DNA of 64,000 nt from the human T2T-CHM13v2.0 reference genome, Homo sapiens. Position numbers and translations under genes: made by a program. The notes beneath the pieces were generated by a model. It searched no databases. It was not told the DNA's origin and saw nothing but the letters and a program-made list of their open reading frames with translations. Shown one piece after another: positions 17,292-36,523 of this stretch; the stretch's first letter is position 1; every line of letters starts with the position of its first letter. The stretch lies in NCBI RefSeq assembly GCF_009914755.1, contig NC_060936.1, one strand, 5' to 3'.

Positions 17292-19002
17292 CTTCCCTTG
17301 CCTCCAATCCCATTTACATGTGTATCATTTTTAAATCCCCATCTAAATTTATTAAGTCATAATACTCACTTACCATTTTTGTACACATGCTACTCAGTGT
17401 ATATCCTATGTTTCTTATCCAAGTTGCCCATTCTGCATGTGTCTGTCTTAAAATACAAGCTCATGCATGACTTAAGCCCGGAGAATTTGCTGAGGACAAA
17501 GGCAATCAAGATGCCATGTGCAAATAACATTTTTTTAAAAAATCAAGCTTGTGATAGCAATACATATTTAAGAGATAAGTGGAAAGATGTTTGAAATATT
17601 GTGATAAAACTAACTTAATGGAACCTTCCATACTTCTTCGATCATACCTAGAATACAATCATTTCTTTCTTAATCTTAGGAAATATCAGGAAACAGAAAA
17701 GAGACTACTTGTAGATATCTTACCTAGTTCCCCATGTTATAAAAGTATCTTGTGGAAGGGACAGGGGTTTTTGGACCTACAAAAACGCGTAATTAACCAC
17801 AACTGCACATGGACAGGAAAAAGCTGGAAAAGCAAGACTGTTCATTCTTAGTTTTCTCCTTTTACTTACTAAAGCTATAATCAACTAAAGTGTGTTTTTC
17901 ATCTGAAATGAAACAAGCATGAGGAAGCCAGAAATAGAACCTCTAACTATAGAAGAAAAGTTGTGTGATCTCTGTTGAATACAAAAACGCATAGTTTCCA
18001 CTCGGTTACTGTTTAATTGTAGTGAAAGTTTTTGTTTGGCAACAAAGGCGCTATTTACATATTATTTCTTCTAAGTGAAACTATGGTCTGGGATGGGTTG
18101 TAGATAAGAGCAGTTGAGAACCACGCTTCATCTCCCTCCTTAGAAACTCTGAAACGAGGCTTTATTCCTACCAGAAGTTCAGATTGCATTATGGTCATCT
18201 CAATTCCAAAATGTTAGATGGCAAGAATATCTGCCCATCCTTCACTTTCCTTGGAAAAAGTTGCTCTTCGGGTTTTATATGCGATTGCAGTTTTCCAGTG
18301 TGTGAAACTAGGAAAACAAAACACTCAACGGTGTACATCCCTACACCTAAATAGTCAGAAATAATAGGCAGCTAGGCTAATTATCCTTGATTAGCAAGAT
18401 CAGAGCCATTAGGGTGCTCACTGGTTTAACAAATGAATGCCCTTAGGCGTCTATCATTTGTAACTCCTAGAAGCTTTAATTTCCACAAGAAACAAAATAA
18501 GAGGGGCCTTCTGCTTTTAACAGTGAAAAGATCGTTCTCCCTCCCCTCTCCACCCGGGTCAACTCTTCCAGCCGCTCCCTCCTGCATCACGAACACACGC
18601 TGCAGGAAAGCGCATTTACAGCCCGGGACATCCCCAGACCTCCTCTCCAAAATTCCCCACCTCCTGTGCATAGGAAAAACTGAGAGAAGCCCTCACTTCC
18701 TTTCCAAACTTCAGAAGCAGGGGAGGGAGCTGTAGCAGACTTTCACCTCCGTTCCCAAAAGCGAATGTGAAAAAGTCCGAGAAGGCACGTCCTGCGAGTG
18801 GAGGTTAAACCGAAATCTGAACAGAATGCACGGTCCCCGCAAACTACGATTGATAAAGAAGATACTGAGACGTTTGCGGGGGATATAAGCCATGGTTGTC
18901 TCGCCTTCCTCCCCTCCCTGCCAACTATGTTTCTTGGAGAAATCGCCGGTTCGATTCACGCACACATTTTTGTAAAACACGGACAAAACCATAAGTAGTT
19001 AC

Positions 19003-19008
19003 CTTCAT
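19003..19008 (-). CDS. BCAT1: Coding part of exon 1 (ATG AAG = Met-Lys) of cytosolic branched-chain amino acid transaminase 1; intron 1 runs toward and past position 1
   Basis: Minus strand reads ...gacggaacaATGAAG|gtaact: start codon with A at -3, then a GT donor at 19002-19001, inside a CpG island. Gene identity is from recall: BCAT1 begins MKDCSNG, has a 5' UTR E-box, and has a nearby BRI3 pseudogene. Downstream exons are not identifiable in the window. Confidence 0.85.
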
Positions 19009-19230
19009 TGTTCCGTCGGCCACGAGGGAAGCTCGAGCTGAGCGGAGGGCAGATCCCAAGGGTCGTAGCCCCTGGCCGTGTGGACCGGGTCTGCGGCTGC
19101 AGAGCGCGGTCCCGGCTGCAGCAAGACCTGGGGCAGTGCCCGAGGCGGCGGCGAGTACACGTGGCGGGCTGGATTGCAGACCGGCCCTCTCGCGGCGGAG
19201 ACTCGCGACCTAGCGGATTGCATCAGCAGG
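19009..19230 (-). other. BCAT1: GC-rich 5' UTR portion of BCAT1 exon 1 (TSS not determinable from sequence)
   Basis: CpG-dense non-repeat sequence directly 5' of the ATG on the minus strand; upstream limit is approximate. Confidence 0.7.
19158..19163. promoter_or_regulatory. Canonical E-box CACGTG (MYC/MAX, USF; contains the HIF core RCGTG) in exon 1
   Basis: tacacgtggc seen directly; BCAT1 (ECA39) is an established MYC target. Confidence 0.75.
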
Positions 19231-20065
19231 AAGACACTAAGGCTGCTCCCCCAGGCCGCCCCCAGATGGTGGAGTCTCTCCCAGCCCGAAGATTCGGAGC
19301 CAGCGCCCAGACCCGAGCCTCACTCACTGCTCACTCCCGGGGTGCAGGGCAGAGGTGCCAGTGTTGCAAGCAAATGACACGGTTACCCCCGAATCAGCCA
19401 CTGTGGGTGCGTATCCGAGTGTGGGGATGCCCGTGTAACATTTATATGGAGACGTCAAGGAGGAGGAAATAAACAGATCAGAGGTCAAATGTGATTGCCA
19501 TTCCGTCATCACTGGCTCCTGCCCACCTCCCTACTGTCCCCAAAGTAACTTTGCTGCATGCTGAGAGGACCACGGCACAATCCTGCCCAAAAGTATACAT
19601 GTATCCCCCGCGGCTACTTTAAATGTACTTTTGCAGTAGTCAAGAACATGTGCCTGGTTTGCCGATCTCTTTCCCAGAGTTCCTTAGTCACCCTCAAATA
19701 TAACCATTTTTGCCAATTTATTATGTACATGGGGGAAAATTTTTAATCCTTTAATTTGAGCATATAAAATTCTTTATAATGTGAAATTGCCCAGTAGCCT
19801 AGTTGGTCCCCTGTAAGTTCCCTCCCCACATCTATACAAAGCTCCAGGATTGCTACTTTTCCATGTCCAGCGCCTAGGTCAGCCTCCATGACTGCTTAAG
19901 TGTGCTGCTGGTTGACCTCCGCTGCCTCTCTGTCAAGCTGGCAAACTCCTATTTTTGTAAATTTCAACCCAAGTCTTTGCTGTGGAAGTTGCCTCCAATG
20001 CCCTCAAACAGAACTGGGCCCTTGGTCTATGTGCTGCACTTTGTCCACATCCTTTCTCAAAATCA

Positions 20066-20203
20066 ATTATTTTATTTTATCATTTTTTAATGGAGATGGG
20101 GTCTCACTAAATTGGCCAAGCTGGTCTTGAACTCCTGGCCTCAGCAATCCCCTCGCCTCCGCCTCCCAAATTGCTGGGATTACAGATGTGAGACTGTGCC
20201 CAG
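20066..20203 (-). mobile_element. Alu monomer (FLAM-like)
   Basis: Antisense left arm only. Confidence 0.85.
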
Positions 20204-20949
20204 CTTCTTAATTTTACTTTAATTATTTGTTTGCACAGTTGTCACTTCAGTGGATTATGAGATTCGTAAGGGCAGATCCTTTGTCATATTTATCTCCCAT
20301 ACCAAGTGGCCTGCCGTGGAAGAGAGGGAGTGTTGAAAACAAATGTGTCAGTGCTTAATGACTGTTGGTCAGGTGAATGAATGGTTAAATTATGTGTTCA
20401 ATAAATGTACTGAGTGATTTCTACATGCTAGGCTGGTATATAACAGTGGTTTGTAATCTGAAATGTCTCAAAATGGAGCCATTTATGACAAGGGTTTCAG
20501 CCTCCAGTGAAATTGCTGACCCCTCAAATTGATAAGCATATGTATGGTGGACTGAGGTGATAAGATAACACCTGCTGTGGCCTGGCACCATTGGCAAGAG
20601 AGTAAAGAGAGAGGCAGCTGAGATAATGGCTATGGGCACTTGCGGATGCTGTGAAAACCAAAAAGTAATGAAAACCTGAAAGTAACTGACCACAGCCAAA
20701 ATGCTTGCAGAAGTTCTGCCCTGAGAAATCTGTATCTGTAAGCATTTAATCAGCCATTGAGTCCTTGTGAAACCTCCTGGCCCCCGTCAGTGAAAGCACA
20801 GCTAGATAGATTTGAACCTGACACTGACATGAGACAGGCAATGTGCAAAATGCTAGGGACTGAGTGGGAAACAACAAAAATGTTCTTACCCTCATTAAGC
20901 TCATATACTAGTGTGAGAAACAGAAAGTAAGCTTTAAATCAGGTAGCAA

Positions 20950-21385
20950 AATGTTTATCAACTGAGGAATGGCTAAATAAAACATGGTATCATCCATACA
21001 ATGGAATATTATTATATTCTGCAATAAAAAGAAATGAAGTACTGATTACATGCAGTCACATGGATGAACCTTGAAAACTATGCAAAGTGAAAGAAGCGTC
21101 TCACAAATGACTACATATTATATGATTCCACTTATCTGAAATGTGCAGAACAGGAAAATCCATAGAGACAGAAAACACATAGTTGTTTTCAATCTGGGGA
21201 CAGGGTGGAATGCAGAGTGAATGTTCATGGGCGTTGGATTTCTTTTTGAATTGATTAAAATGTTCTCAAATTAGATTGTGGTAATGGTTACACAACCCTG
21301 TGAACACACTAAAAACCACTGAATTATACCCTTTAAATAGGTGAATTGTATGTTATGTGAATTATATCTCAATAAAGATGTTACT
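20950..21385 (+). mobile_element. L1M 3' end fragment
   Basis: catccatacaatggaatatt...atgtgaattatatctcaataaa, typical of L1MB/ME 3' UTR. Confidence 0.85.
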
Positions 21386-21388
21386 CTA

Positions 21389-21693
21389 TGGCCCGGCATG
21401 GTGGCTCACACCTGTAATCTCAGCACTTTGGGAGGCTGAGGCAGACAGATCACTTGAGGTCGGGAGTTCGAGACCAGCCTGGCCAACATGGTGAAACCCC
21501 GTCTCTACTAAAAATTAGCCGGGCGTGGTTGCGGGGTGCCTGTAATCCCAGCTACTCACAAGGCTGAGTCACAAGAATCGCTTGAACCTGGGAGGCAGAG
21601 AGGTTGCTGTGAGCCAAGATCATGCCACTGCATTCCAGCCTGGGCAATAGAGCAAGACTCAGTCTCAAAAAAAAAAAAAAAAAAAAAAAAAAA
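21389..21693 (+). mobile_element. Alu
   Basis: Full dimer with poly-A. Confidence 0.95.
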
Positions 21694-21844
21694 ACAGGTA
21701 CCATGTGGTAAATTTTATGAGAAAGAGTAATAAGGGGATAGAGAGTGATGGGGTCATAGATATAAATGCATTAATAAGTTCTAGAGCAAGCCTGGCAATT
21801 ACTCCTAGATCCAACGACCGCCCCTCGCCCCCCTCTCCCTCAAT

Positions 21845-22315
21845 GCAGGATTTTTCTCAGTCCCTTTGCCAGTCAAGGACCTCTAGCCGGCAATGCCGGA
21901 GGCCTAGCTCGGGGCATACTACCTGCTGCAGGAGGCACCCCACGCAATTTGCCCGCCTGAGACAAGTTTGCCTTGCACATTGGTTCCTGAGTTCTTGCCC
22001 CATGCCCAAGAAAAATGAAGATGTGCTGACAATTGAAGAGTGAGCAAGGCGGGGAGTTTTACTGAGGGATGAAACAGCTTTCAGCAGAGAGGGAAGCGGG
22101 GGTGGTCCCCCTACCCGAAGGCAGGAAAGTCTCCTCCATGAGGCTGAGTCCTGGGGCTTTTTATCGGCTCAGAATAGGGGAGGGGCAGGCAAACAGGAAC
22201 AGAAATTCTCACTCTGCGTCATGGATTTCATCCAGGACCAGCAGTCTGGTCTTTCAGCCTTCAGGCTGTTTTTGGCTTGAAGGTACAGTTTCACCTCCAA
22301 CCCTGTTGCTGTTAC
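21845..22315 (-). mobile_element. ERV1 solo LTR (LTR9-like)
   Basis: Minus strand ccttcaagccaaaaacagcctgaaggctgaaagaccagactgctggtcc matches recalled LTR9-type U3. Confidence 0.65.
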
Positions 22316-22448
22316 CCCTACTTAAGGATTCTTTTGATGTTAGCAACAAAGGAAGAGAGAAGGTAGTATATATTTAAAAAAAAAAAAAAAAAAAGAGCTT
22401 GAAGGGAAGTGAGAAAGTTAGGGAATTAACATCCACAGAAGAATATGA

Positions 22449-22743
22449 GGGCCGGGCGTTCACGCCTATAATCCCAGCACTTTGGGACGTCAAAGCAGGA
22501 GTTCAAGACCAGCCTGGGCAACATAGCAAAAGCCAGTCTTTACAAAAAATGCAAAAATTAGCTGTTTGTGGTGGTATGTGCCTGCAGTCTAAGCTACTCC
22601 CAAGGCTGAGGTGGAAGGATCACTGGAGCCCAGGAGATCCAGGCTGCAGTGAGCTGTGATCACTTCATACTTCACTGCACTCCAGCCTGGGTGACAGAGT
22701 GAGACATCATCTCCAAAAAAAAAAAAAAAAAAAGAAAAAAAAA
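22449..22743 (+). mobile_element. Alu (AluJ-like, with deletions)
   Basis: Alu sequence and poly-A. Confidence 0.9.
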
Positions 22744-23628
22744 GAATATAAGAACAATCTAGCTATGTCTCTCCTCCCATTTCCCTTTAGTGTTGATAGA
22801 AGGGCCCCACAGTTCTCCCTCATTGTCAACTGTAAACTCCCAAAGCTTCTCTCCCAGACAACACACATGCTTTTCCCAAATGATGAGGCTCATGATCAAC
22901 GAAGGTTGTTACTCTGACAGTGGCACTGTACTTCAAACAAGTCACAGTAAAAGATATTTAAGGAAAACTGGATCCAAACTGGATATATACCATATACCCA
23001 TCTATGGGCAGTGTCTTTTACTGAAGAAGAGACAGCATTTCTAAGATTTCTAATAGACACTAATTTTGAGGTTGACTCCAGAGCGCCAGACAGTCCAGCT
23101 TCATTTTGTCCTCACTGTTATTAACAAAGGCTTTTATTGCCATCATTATGAAAAATATGTGCCAACTACCTGCAGAATGTCTTCCCTGTATCTTACTAAA
23201 TTTTCTCTAGGAAAGCAGAAACTCACAAATATTCTCTGCCTTGAGTTATTAACAGTTCCTGGAATTTGAATAGGAGAGTTTACATAAGGCAATGATACTC
23301 TGTCTTAAAAGAGGAAAATCTACTCTAAAATTCTACTCTACACACTCAGAAAACAATGTCATTCTCTTTCTCTATTTCTCATAGTAAAAAATACTTCAAA
23401 ATTGTACTGTTTTTATATTTCCTATAATACTTGCATTCATTGCCCATTACATACATGTGCACACACACATGCATACACACACAGACACACACCAAGTTCA
23501 ATACTCGAAAATCATTTATACTGTACTTTTTGGGAAATTTCCCATGACAATTTTGACTCACTGGATTTATTTTTATCCTTGTTGTACACACTCTAGTACC
23601 TAATCCCCATGTAAAATTAGATTTACTG

Positions 23629-23931
<303 letters not shown>

Positions 23932-24889
23932 TTAATTCCTATCTATTTTGAAAGGATATTGTAAAGTCTTCTTTCTGCTAGTTCTCTAGAACCTCTCAGG
24001 GTACTTTCCACCCTGACGCACAAAGCTATCCTCCTTCTCCTTGAAACTCCTCCCTTCCACGATAGGATTCTGAATCTGCTCCAGCCTCTCTGGCAGGTCC
24101 TTACACCTTATTTATGATCACCTCATGCCCTCTAAATATAGGCAAGGTGTTCATCCCACCTGTATCTGATCTTGAATCTCCTCTTTATACTCTGTCCTCT
24201 AGTGTCTCTACTATGACCTGTAGTCTGATAACTTTTAAAACTATACTAGATCTCTGGTTCATCTCTATTCTAACAAGCCCAATTAATCCAAATCCAAGCA
24301 CATAATCTTCCCTTTTTAACCTGCTTCCCTCTCTCTGCTGATGTCATTAATGTGCTTCCAATTATCCAGCCTCCAAACTTTCATATAGCTCCTATCTTTA
24401 TAGATAGTACTTAAAGCAAGAGAGAAAGATATGAGCCTCCCCCATCCCGTAATCACTAAGCCGTCCCAATTGTATCTCCACAAAATCTCTTAGTCATCCC
24501 CCTCAGTTCCCACTCTCACTGCCCTAGTTTGGTCATTCATTGTACTTTCCCTCTGGATTACTGTTATCCCTGCCTTTAATCTCTCCCTGCCCCAATCCAC
24601 CCAACACACAGATGGCTAGTAATCTCCCTAGTCCTCCGTTCTGATTAGATTTTTTTCTCCTGTTCAAAATCATGCAACTTGCACTCAGATGCTCTGGTGA
24701 GAGCCTGACATGAGTACATGTTGTGTGCCTAAGCACACCTGAAATCTTCCATCATTGTTTCTGCACAAATGCTCCTTGGAATTTCTTTTCCTCCGACTTT
24801 GCTTGGCTAAATGATATCCAGTCTTGGAGATCCGTTTTAATTACTATTGCCCCATTTGCAGCCTTTCCTGAAGCACTCCTTGTTATAAA

Positions 24890-25425
<536 letters not shown>

Positions 25426-25448
25426 AGACCCACACCAACTTTTGTACT

Positions 25449-25821
25449 TGATATGGTTTGGCTGCATCCCTACCCAAATCTCATCTTGAGTTGTAGCTCC
25501 CATAATTGCCACATGTTGTGGGAGAAACCCAGTGGGAGATAATTGAATCATGGGGGTGGTTTCCCCCATACTGTTCTTGTGGCAGTGAGTAAGTCTCATG
25601 AGATCTGATGGTTTTATAAGGAAAAATCCCCTTCGCTTGGTTCTCACTCTCTCTTTGCCTGCTGCCATCCATGTTAAGATATGACTTGCTCCTCGTCTTC
25701 CGCCATTATTGTGAGGCCTCCCCAGCCATGTGAAACTGTGAGTCCATTAAATCTCATTCCTTTATAAAATTACCCAGTCTTGGGCATGTCTTTCTTAGCA
25801 GCATGAGAACAGACTAATACA
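25449..25821 (+). mobile_element. THE1-type MaLR solo LTR
   Basis: tgatatggtttggctg...cagactaataca. Confidence 0.92.
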
Positions 25822-26036
25822 ATACTGTTTCTATAATTACTGGTGTATAAGTCTTAGCTACTCTTCTCTTGGATAAATTCTGTGAAAACACAGAACCATT
25901 TTCTTTGTAATGACCATGGTGTTAGCCTACTAACTACCTCTCAAGAGTCTGCCTTCTCAATCCTTCACAATCTCTTTTACCTCTTAACATCTCTTCAAAT
26001 AGTGTTCTCCCTTAGGGTTTCATCCCATGTCCTTAA

Positions 26037-26367
26037 TTTTTTTTCTTTTTTTTTTTTTTTTTTTGAGGCGTAGTCTCGCTCTTGTCCCCCAGGCTGGAGT
26101 GCGACGGCGCGATCTCCGCTCACTGCAAACTCCGCCTCCCAGTTTCAAGCCATTCTCCTGCCTCGCCACGCCCCGCCCCCTCCGCCCCCGCCCCGGGGAG
26201 CTGGGATTACAGGCGCCTGCCACCATGCCCAGCTAATTTTGTATTTTTAGTAGAGATGGGGTTTCACCATGTTGGCCAGACTAGTCTCGACTTCCTGACC
26301 TCAGGTGATCCACCCACGTCAGCCTCCCAAAGTGCTGGGATTACAGGCATGAGCCACCGCGCCCGGC
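26037..26367 (-). mobile_element. Alu with GC-rich internal insertion
   Basis: Antisense dimer with non-Alu sequence at ~26165-26198. Confidence 0.93.
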
Positions 26368-26439
26368 TATTTTTTTTTTCTAATTCATTTTAAATCCTCT
26401 CCATAAGGAAATCCATCTACTCCTTGGCTAATACTCTTA

Positions 26440-26850
<411 letters not shown>

Positions 26851-27193
26851 TTAATAGTTAATCTAAGGCAGTGATGACAATCTCATTGTACTTTGCAATA
26901 TATTTACTTTCCCATACTCTCTTGAGCTAGAGAAGATCAAATAATCAAGTTCGGATCAATGAGACTTAAGAGAAAGTCACCCGAGGAGCTTTTAAGGATT
27001 TCCCTTTTGATTAGGAAAACATAAATCAGGCAAGGAGAGCTTACTGGTGCCTCCTTCTTTTCCTTCTTCCTTTCCTCCCCCTACTCCCTCTTCTCCACCT
27101 CCACTTCCTCCTCCCTCTCTTTTTCTGCTTTCTGCCTTCTTCTTAATTTTATTTTAGTAAGTATGCTTAACAGCTCTATCCTCTTAACAGATG

Positions 27194-27804
27194 TTTTTTT
27201 TTCTTTTGAGACAGAGTTTTGCTCTTTTTGCCCAGGCTGCAATGGCGTGATCTTGGCTCACCGCAACCTCCGCCTCCCGGATTCAAGCGATTCTCCTGCC
27301 TCAGCCTCCCAAGTAGCTGGAATTACAGGCATGCGCCACCATCCCCACCTAATTTTGTATTTTTTAGTAGAGACAGGGTTTCTCCATGTTGGCCAGGCTG
27401 GTCTTGAACTCCCAACCTCAGGTGATCCACCAGCCTCAGCTTCCCAAAGTGCTGGGATTACTGGGATTACAGGCGTGAGCCACCGCGCCCGAGGTTTTTG
27501 TTTTGTTTTGTTTTGTTTTTTCTTTAGACAAGGTCTTGCTCTGTCACCCAGGGTGGAGTGCAGTGTCGTGGCATGGCTCACTGCAGCCTTGAACTCCTGG
27601 GATCAAGTGATCCTTCAGCCCCAGCTTCCCAAGTAGCTAGGACTAAAGGCGTGCACCCCCACACTCAGCTAACTTTTGTATTTTTTGTGGAGACAGGGTC
27701 TTACTTTGTTGCCCAGGCTTGTCTTGAACTCCTGGGCTAAAGTGACCCTCCCACCTCAGGCTCGCTAAATGCTGGGATTATAGGTGTGAACCACCGTGCC
27801 TGGC
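27194..27804 (-). mobile_element. Two tandem antisense Alus (27194-27491 AluSp-like; 27495-27804 AluJ-like)
   Basis: Two consecutive dimers. Confidence 0.92.
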
Positions 27805-28508
27805 CCCTCTTAACAGATTTTTAAGTGCACAATTCAGTACTGTTATTTATACGTACAATGTTATACAGCAGATCTCTAGAACTTACTCATCTTGCATAAT
27901 AGAAATTTTATATCTGTTGCCATTGATTAGCAACATTTTCCCCTTTCCCCAGCCCTGGCAATCACAATTCTATTCTTTGTTTCTCACCCCATTCTCTTCT
28001 TGTTTTAAATGTTGTATACAGATAAATGTTTCAGAATGCTGCCACCAACCATCCTGCAACCATGAGTGGCAAGCCCAAGACCAAAAACCAAATATTGAGG
28101 ATGGCAAAGAAAAAAGAAAGAGACTGGACTGTTGGGGACATCACTGAGCCACTTTGCCAAACCTGGAGTTGCCTACCTTCAAAAGTTTTGTTATATGACA
28201 TAATTAATCTTTACTGCTTTGCCACTTCTGGTGGAATATTTTATTACTATCACCAGAAGCATTTCTTGGCTTCAATAACACACATACTCCAGTGTCACCT
28301 GCTTCAAGAGCACTCTACTCATAATTCTGACTAATGTACATTTCCACATGTCTGACCCAAAGGCATGTATAACTCAGTAGACTTTTATCGTATATATAAT
28401 TAACTTATATTTACTCTTAAATCCTTCTCTGTGTGTGTGCATGTGTGTTTGTATGTGTGTGTGTGTCTTGCTACTATGTGTTGCATGCTTGGTAGACTCT
28501 TTGAATTT

Positions 28509-28811
<303 letters not shown>

Positions 28812-28990
28812 TTCTAGCTTTCTTAATAACAACACTATTAAACCAGTATCCCAAACAACAGTCAGTCAACATTAGATCCTACCTTTCCTGAACTCTCTTC
28901 AAATCTGATCATTTATAATGTCCCTTTATTATTACAAAGATTCCCCTTTATAATTTCTTAAATTTGTCTTTCGCTCTTCACACTCATTAG

Positions 28991-29342
<352 letters not shown>

Positions 29343-29379
29343 TAGCTACCTAACTGGTATCCTCACGACATTTTGACAT

Positions 29380-29530
29380 ATTAACCTATCTTAGCCTTAT
29401 TTTCCTTATCTGTAAAATGGGGAAAATAAAGCCCATGGTTTTCATGAGTATTAAGACTTAATATGCATGAAGTAATCAAAATAGTGCCTCGCACATAGTA
29501 AATGTTCAATAAATATAAGCTCTTATTATC
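29380..29530 (+). mobile_element. MIR fragment
   Basis: ccttatctgtaaaatgggg...atagtaaatgttcaataaat. Confidence 0.75.
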
Positions 29531-30135
29531 ATCTTCGATCATAATGCTTTTTAAAATTATTCTATGAGATTTTTTTTCTACAAAATAAAACACTTTTCAC
29601 TCAATCACCATTGCCCAAATACTCTTCCCTTTACCCAAATCAAATGTACTGATGGTTCTAAAGATAATGCTTAGAGCATACTGAATTAGGTTCAAGTCAC
29701 TCTCTTTTATGTCCTCTCCACACTATTATTTATTACCTACTTAGGCTCTCTCTTTTAAAAAGATGAAGGTTTCCTTATTTGGTTCACAAGTTTCCTCTCT
29801 ATCCAGAACCTTGCCATTATCTTAGGTCTTCAAGTGAGGACCAACACCTAGAATCTGGATGATCTTTATTTCTACTCTACATAAACCATTCGTTTCCATA
29901 GTTATACCCTTGACTTCTGCTAAAGATGCTCTCCCCCAGGTCCCACCCAAGATCTACTGATTCATAATTACTGGGGAGTAAGGTATAGGAGTAAAACACA
30001 AACATCTGCATTTTAGTAACCACCTGAGATACTGATATATTATTGTGCATACCAAAGTTTAACACAACCGAACTAGATCTTTTCATCTCCCAGAATTACT
30101 GTATCTCTAAATTTTTCATTAAAACATTATCCTTC

Positions 30136-34403
<4,268 letters not shown>

Positions 34404-34561
34404 ATGCTACCATGCCCAGTTAAATGTTTTTTTTTTTTTTAAAGTGTTTGTAGAGACAGGGGTCTTGCTAAGTTGCCCAGGCTGGTCTTGAACTCCTGGT
34501 CTCAAGCCATCTTCCTGCATCAGCCTCCCAAAGTGCCATAGGCATGAGCTACTGGGCCTGC
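34404..34561 (-). mobile_element. Truncated Alu (left arm plus linker)
   Basis: Antisense Alu lacking most of the right arm and the tail. Confidence 0.85.
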
Positions 34562-35065
34562 ACTGTTTTTCTTTTAATATTTTAGAGACATTGTTCTACT
34601 ATCTGCTGGCTTGCATTGTTTACACTGAGAATCTGCTGTAATTCTTATGTTTGTCCCTCTGTATGTAATATGCCTTTTTTCTCCTGCATTTTTAACATTT
34701 TCTCTTTGCCACTAATTTTAATCAATTTTTATTATGAGGTGCCTTGGCATAGTTTTCTTCATGTTTCTTTCACTTGGGGTTTGTTGAGCTCCTTCAATCT
34801 ATGAGTTTACAGTTTTTGTCAAATTTGGAGTTTTTAGCAATTATTTTTTCACATTTTTTCAGTTTCTTCTCTTTTTTATTTATTTCTCTTTCTTTCTTTC
34901 TTTTTATAAATAGAGTCAAGCAGGTCTTTCCCTGTTTCCCAGGCTTGTGCAGTGGTACAATCATAGCTCCCTGTAGCCTTGAACTCCTGGCCTTAAGCAA
35001 TCCTTCTGCCTAAGCCTCCCAAATAGCTAGGACTACAGGTTCATGCCACCACACCTGGCTAATAG

Positions 35066-35191
<126 letters not shown>

Positions 35192-36316
35192 TAGCATATT
35201 TTTATTTTTTCTTAATTTTTGTCTTTATTTTGCTTTTTAGTTTTTCTTTCAATCAGCTTTCTGAGGCTGAATGCCCTTCTCTCTTGAATAATTTAGAGAC
35301 TATAATTTTGAGACTATAATTTTATATATATTAGGCCTCTTGAAATTGTCCCATAGCTAATACTGTATTTATTTTCCATTACTTTTTTCCTTGTCTCATT
35401 TTCAATAGTTTATATGTCTTTCTTTAAGTTTACTAACCTTTTTTCTTTTGTAGCATCTAATCCACTGTTAACGTAGTCTCTATTTTATCTCAAATATTAT
35501 CTTTTTTATTTTTTATAGTTTCACTTGAGTCTTATTTTTTTCTCAGACCTTGCAGGGATGAAAGAGTCATTTAAATATCTTCTTTATATTAACATACTTA
35601 TGTTTCCTCTATCTTTGTGAACATATAAAACATAATTTATAATGCAATATAAATATTCATTGTAACTTTTAGTATACTTGTTTATGAATTCTATTCTCAA
35701 TCTCATTTCTGGATCCCTTTCAGTTATTGATAATTCTCCCCATTTTGGGTCATATTTTCTTGCTTATTTTCATGTCACATGATATTTGTTGGATGCCAGA
35801 CATTGTGAATTTTGTCTTGTTGAGTAATAGGTATTCTTGTATTGCTTTCATTTTGATATTCTTGTGCCTTGTCCTGGGACACAACTGTCAGTTGGAACCA
35901 GTTTTATCTTTCCTCTCTTTCTTTTTTTTTTTTTTTTTTGAGACAGTCTTGCTCTGTCACCCGGGTTGCAGTGCAATGGTGCAGTTTCAGCTCACTGCAA
36001 CCTCCGCCTCCCAGGTTCAAGCAATTGTCGTGCCTCAGCCACCTAAGTAGCTGGTATTACAGGCATGCACCACCATGCCTGGCTAATTTTTGTATTTTTA
36101 GTAGAGACGGGGGTTTTGCCATGTTGGCCAAGCTGGTCTCCAACTTCTGACCTCAAATGATCTGCCCACCTCCGCCTCCGAAAGTGCTGGGATTGCAGGT
36201 GTGTGAGTCACCAGGCCCAGCCTATCTTTCCCTACTTTTAAACTTTGTTAGATGTGACCAGAGCAGTCTTTAGTCAAGAGTGATTTTGTCCCACTTCTGA
36301 GGAAATACTCTTCTGA

Positions 36317-36523
<207 letters not shown>

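Larger units (their letters stand above)
18500..19620. promoter_or_regulatory. CpG island / promoter of BCAT1
   Basis: Marked rise in CpG and GC content in non-repeat DNA (e.g. gaggcggcggcgagtacacgtggcggg, ctcgcggcggagactcgcgacc) versus CpG-poor flanks. Confidence 0.9.

Noticed and set aside
18711-18992. 93-aa minus-strand ORF just inside intron 1
   Set aside because: Not in frame with the BCAT1 ATG, no recognisable homology; treated as intronic chance ORF.
19441-19446. Minus-strand TATAAA as a BCAT1 TATA box
   Set aside because: About 430 bp upstream of the ATG in a CpG-island promoter; cannot be tied to a TSS without CAGE data.
19008-19472. 154-aa plus-strand ORF over the CpG island
   Set aside because: Starts at TTG and lies in stop-poor GC-rich sequence antisense to exon 1. 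A divergent non-coding transcript is plausible but cannot be shown from sequence.
27452-27470. 9-bp tandem duplication ctgggatta within an Alu
   Set aside because: Ordinary slippage indel with no functional implication.
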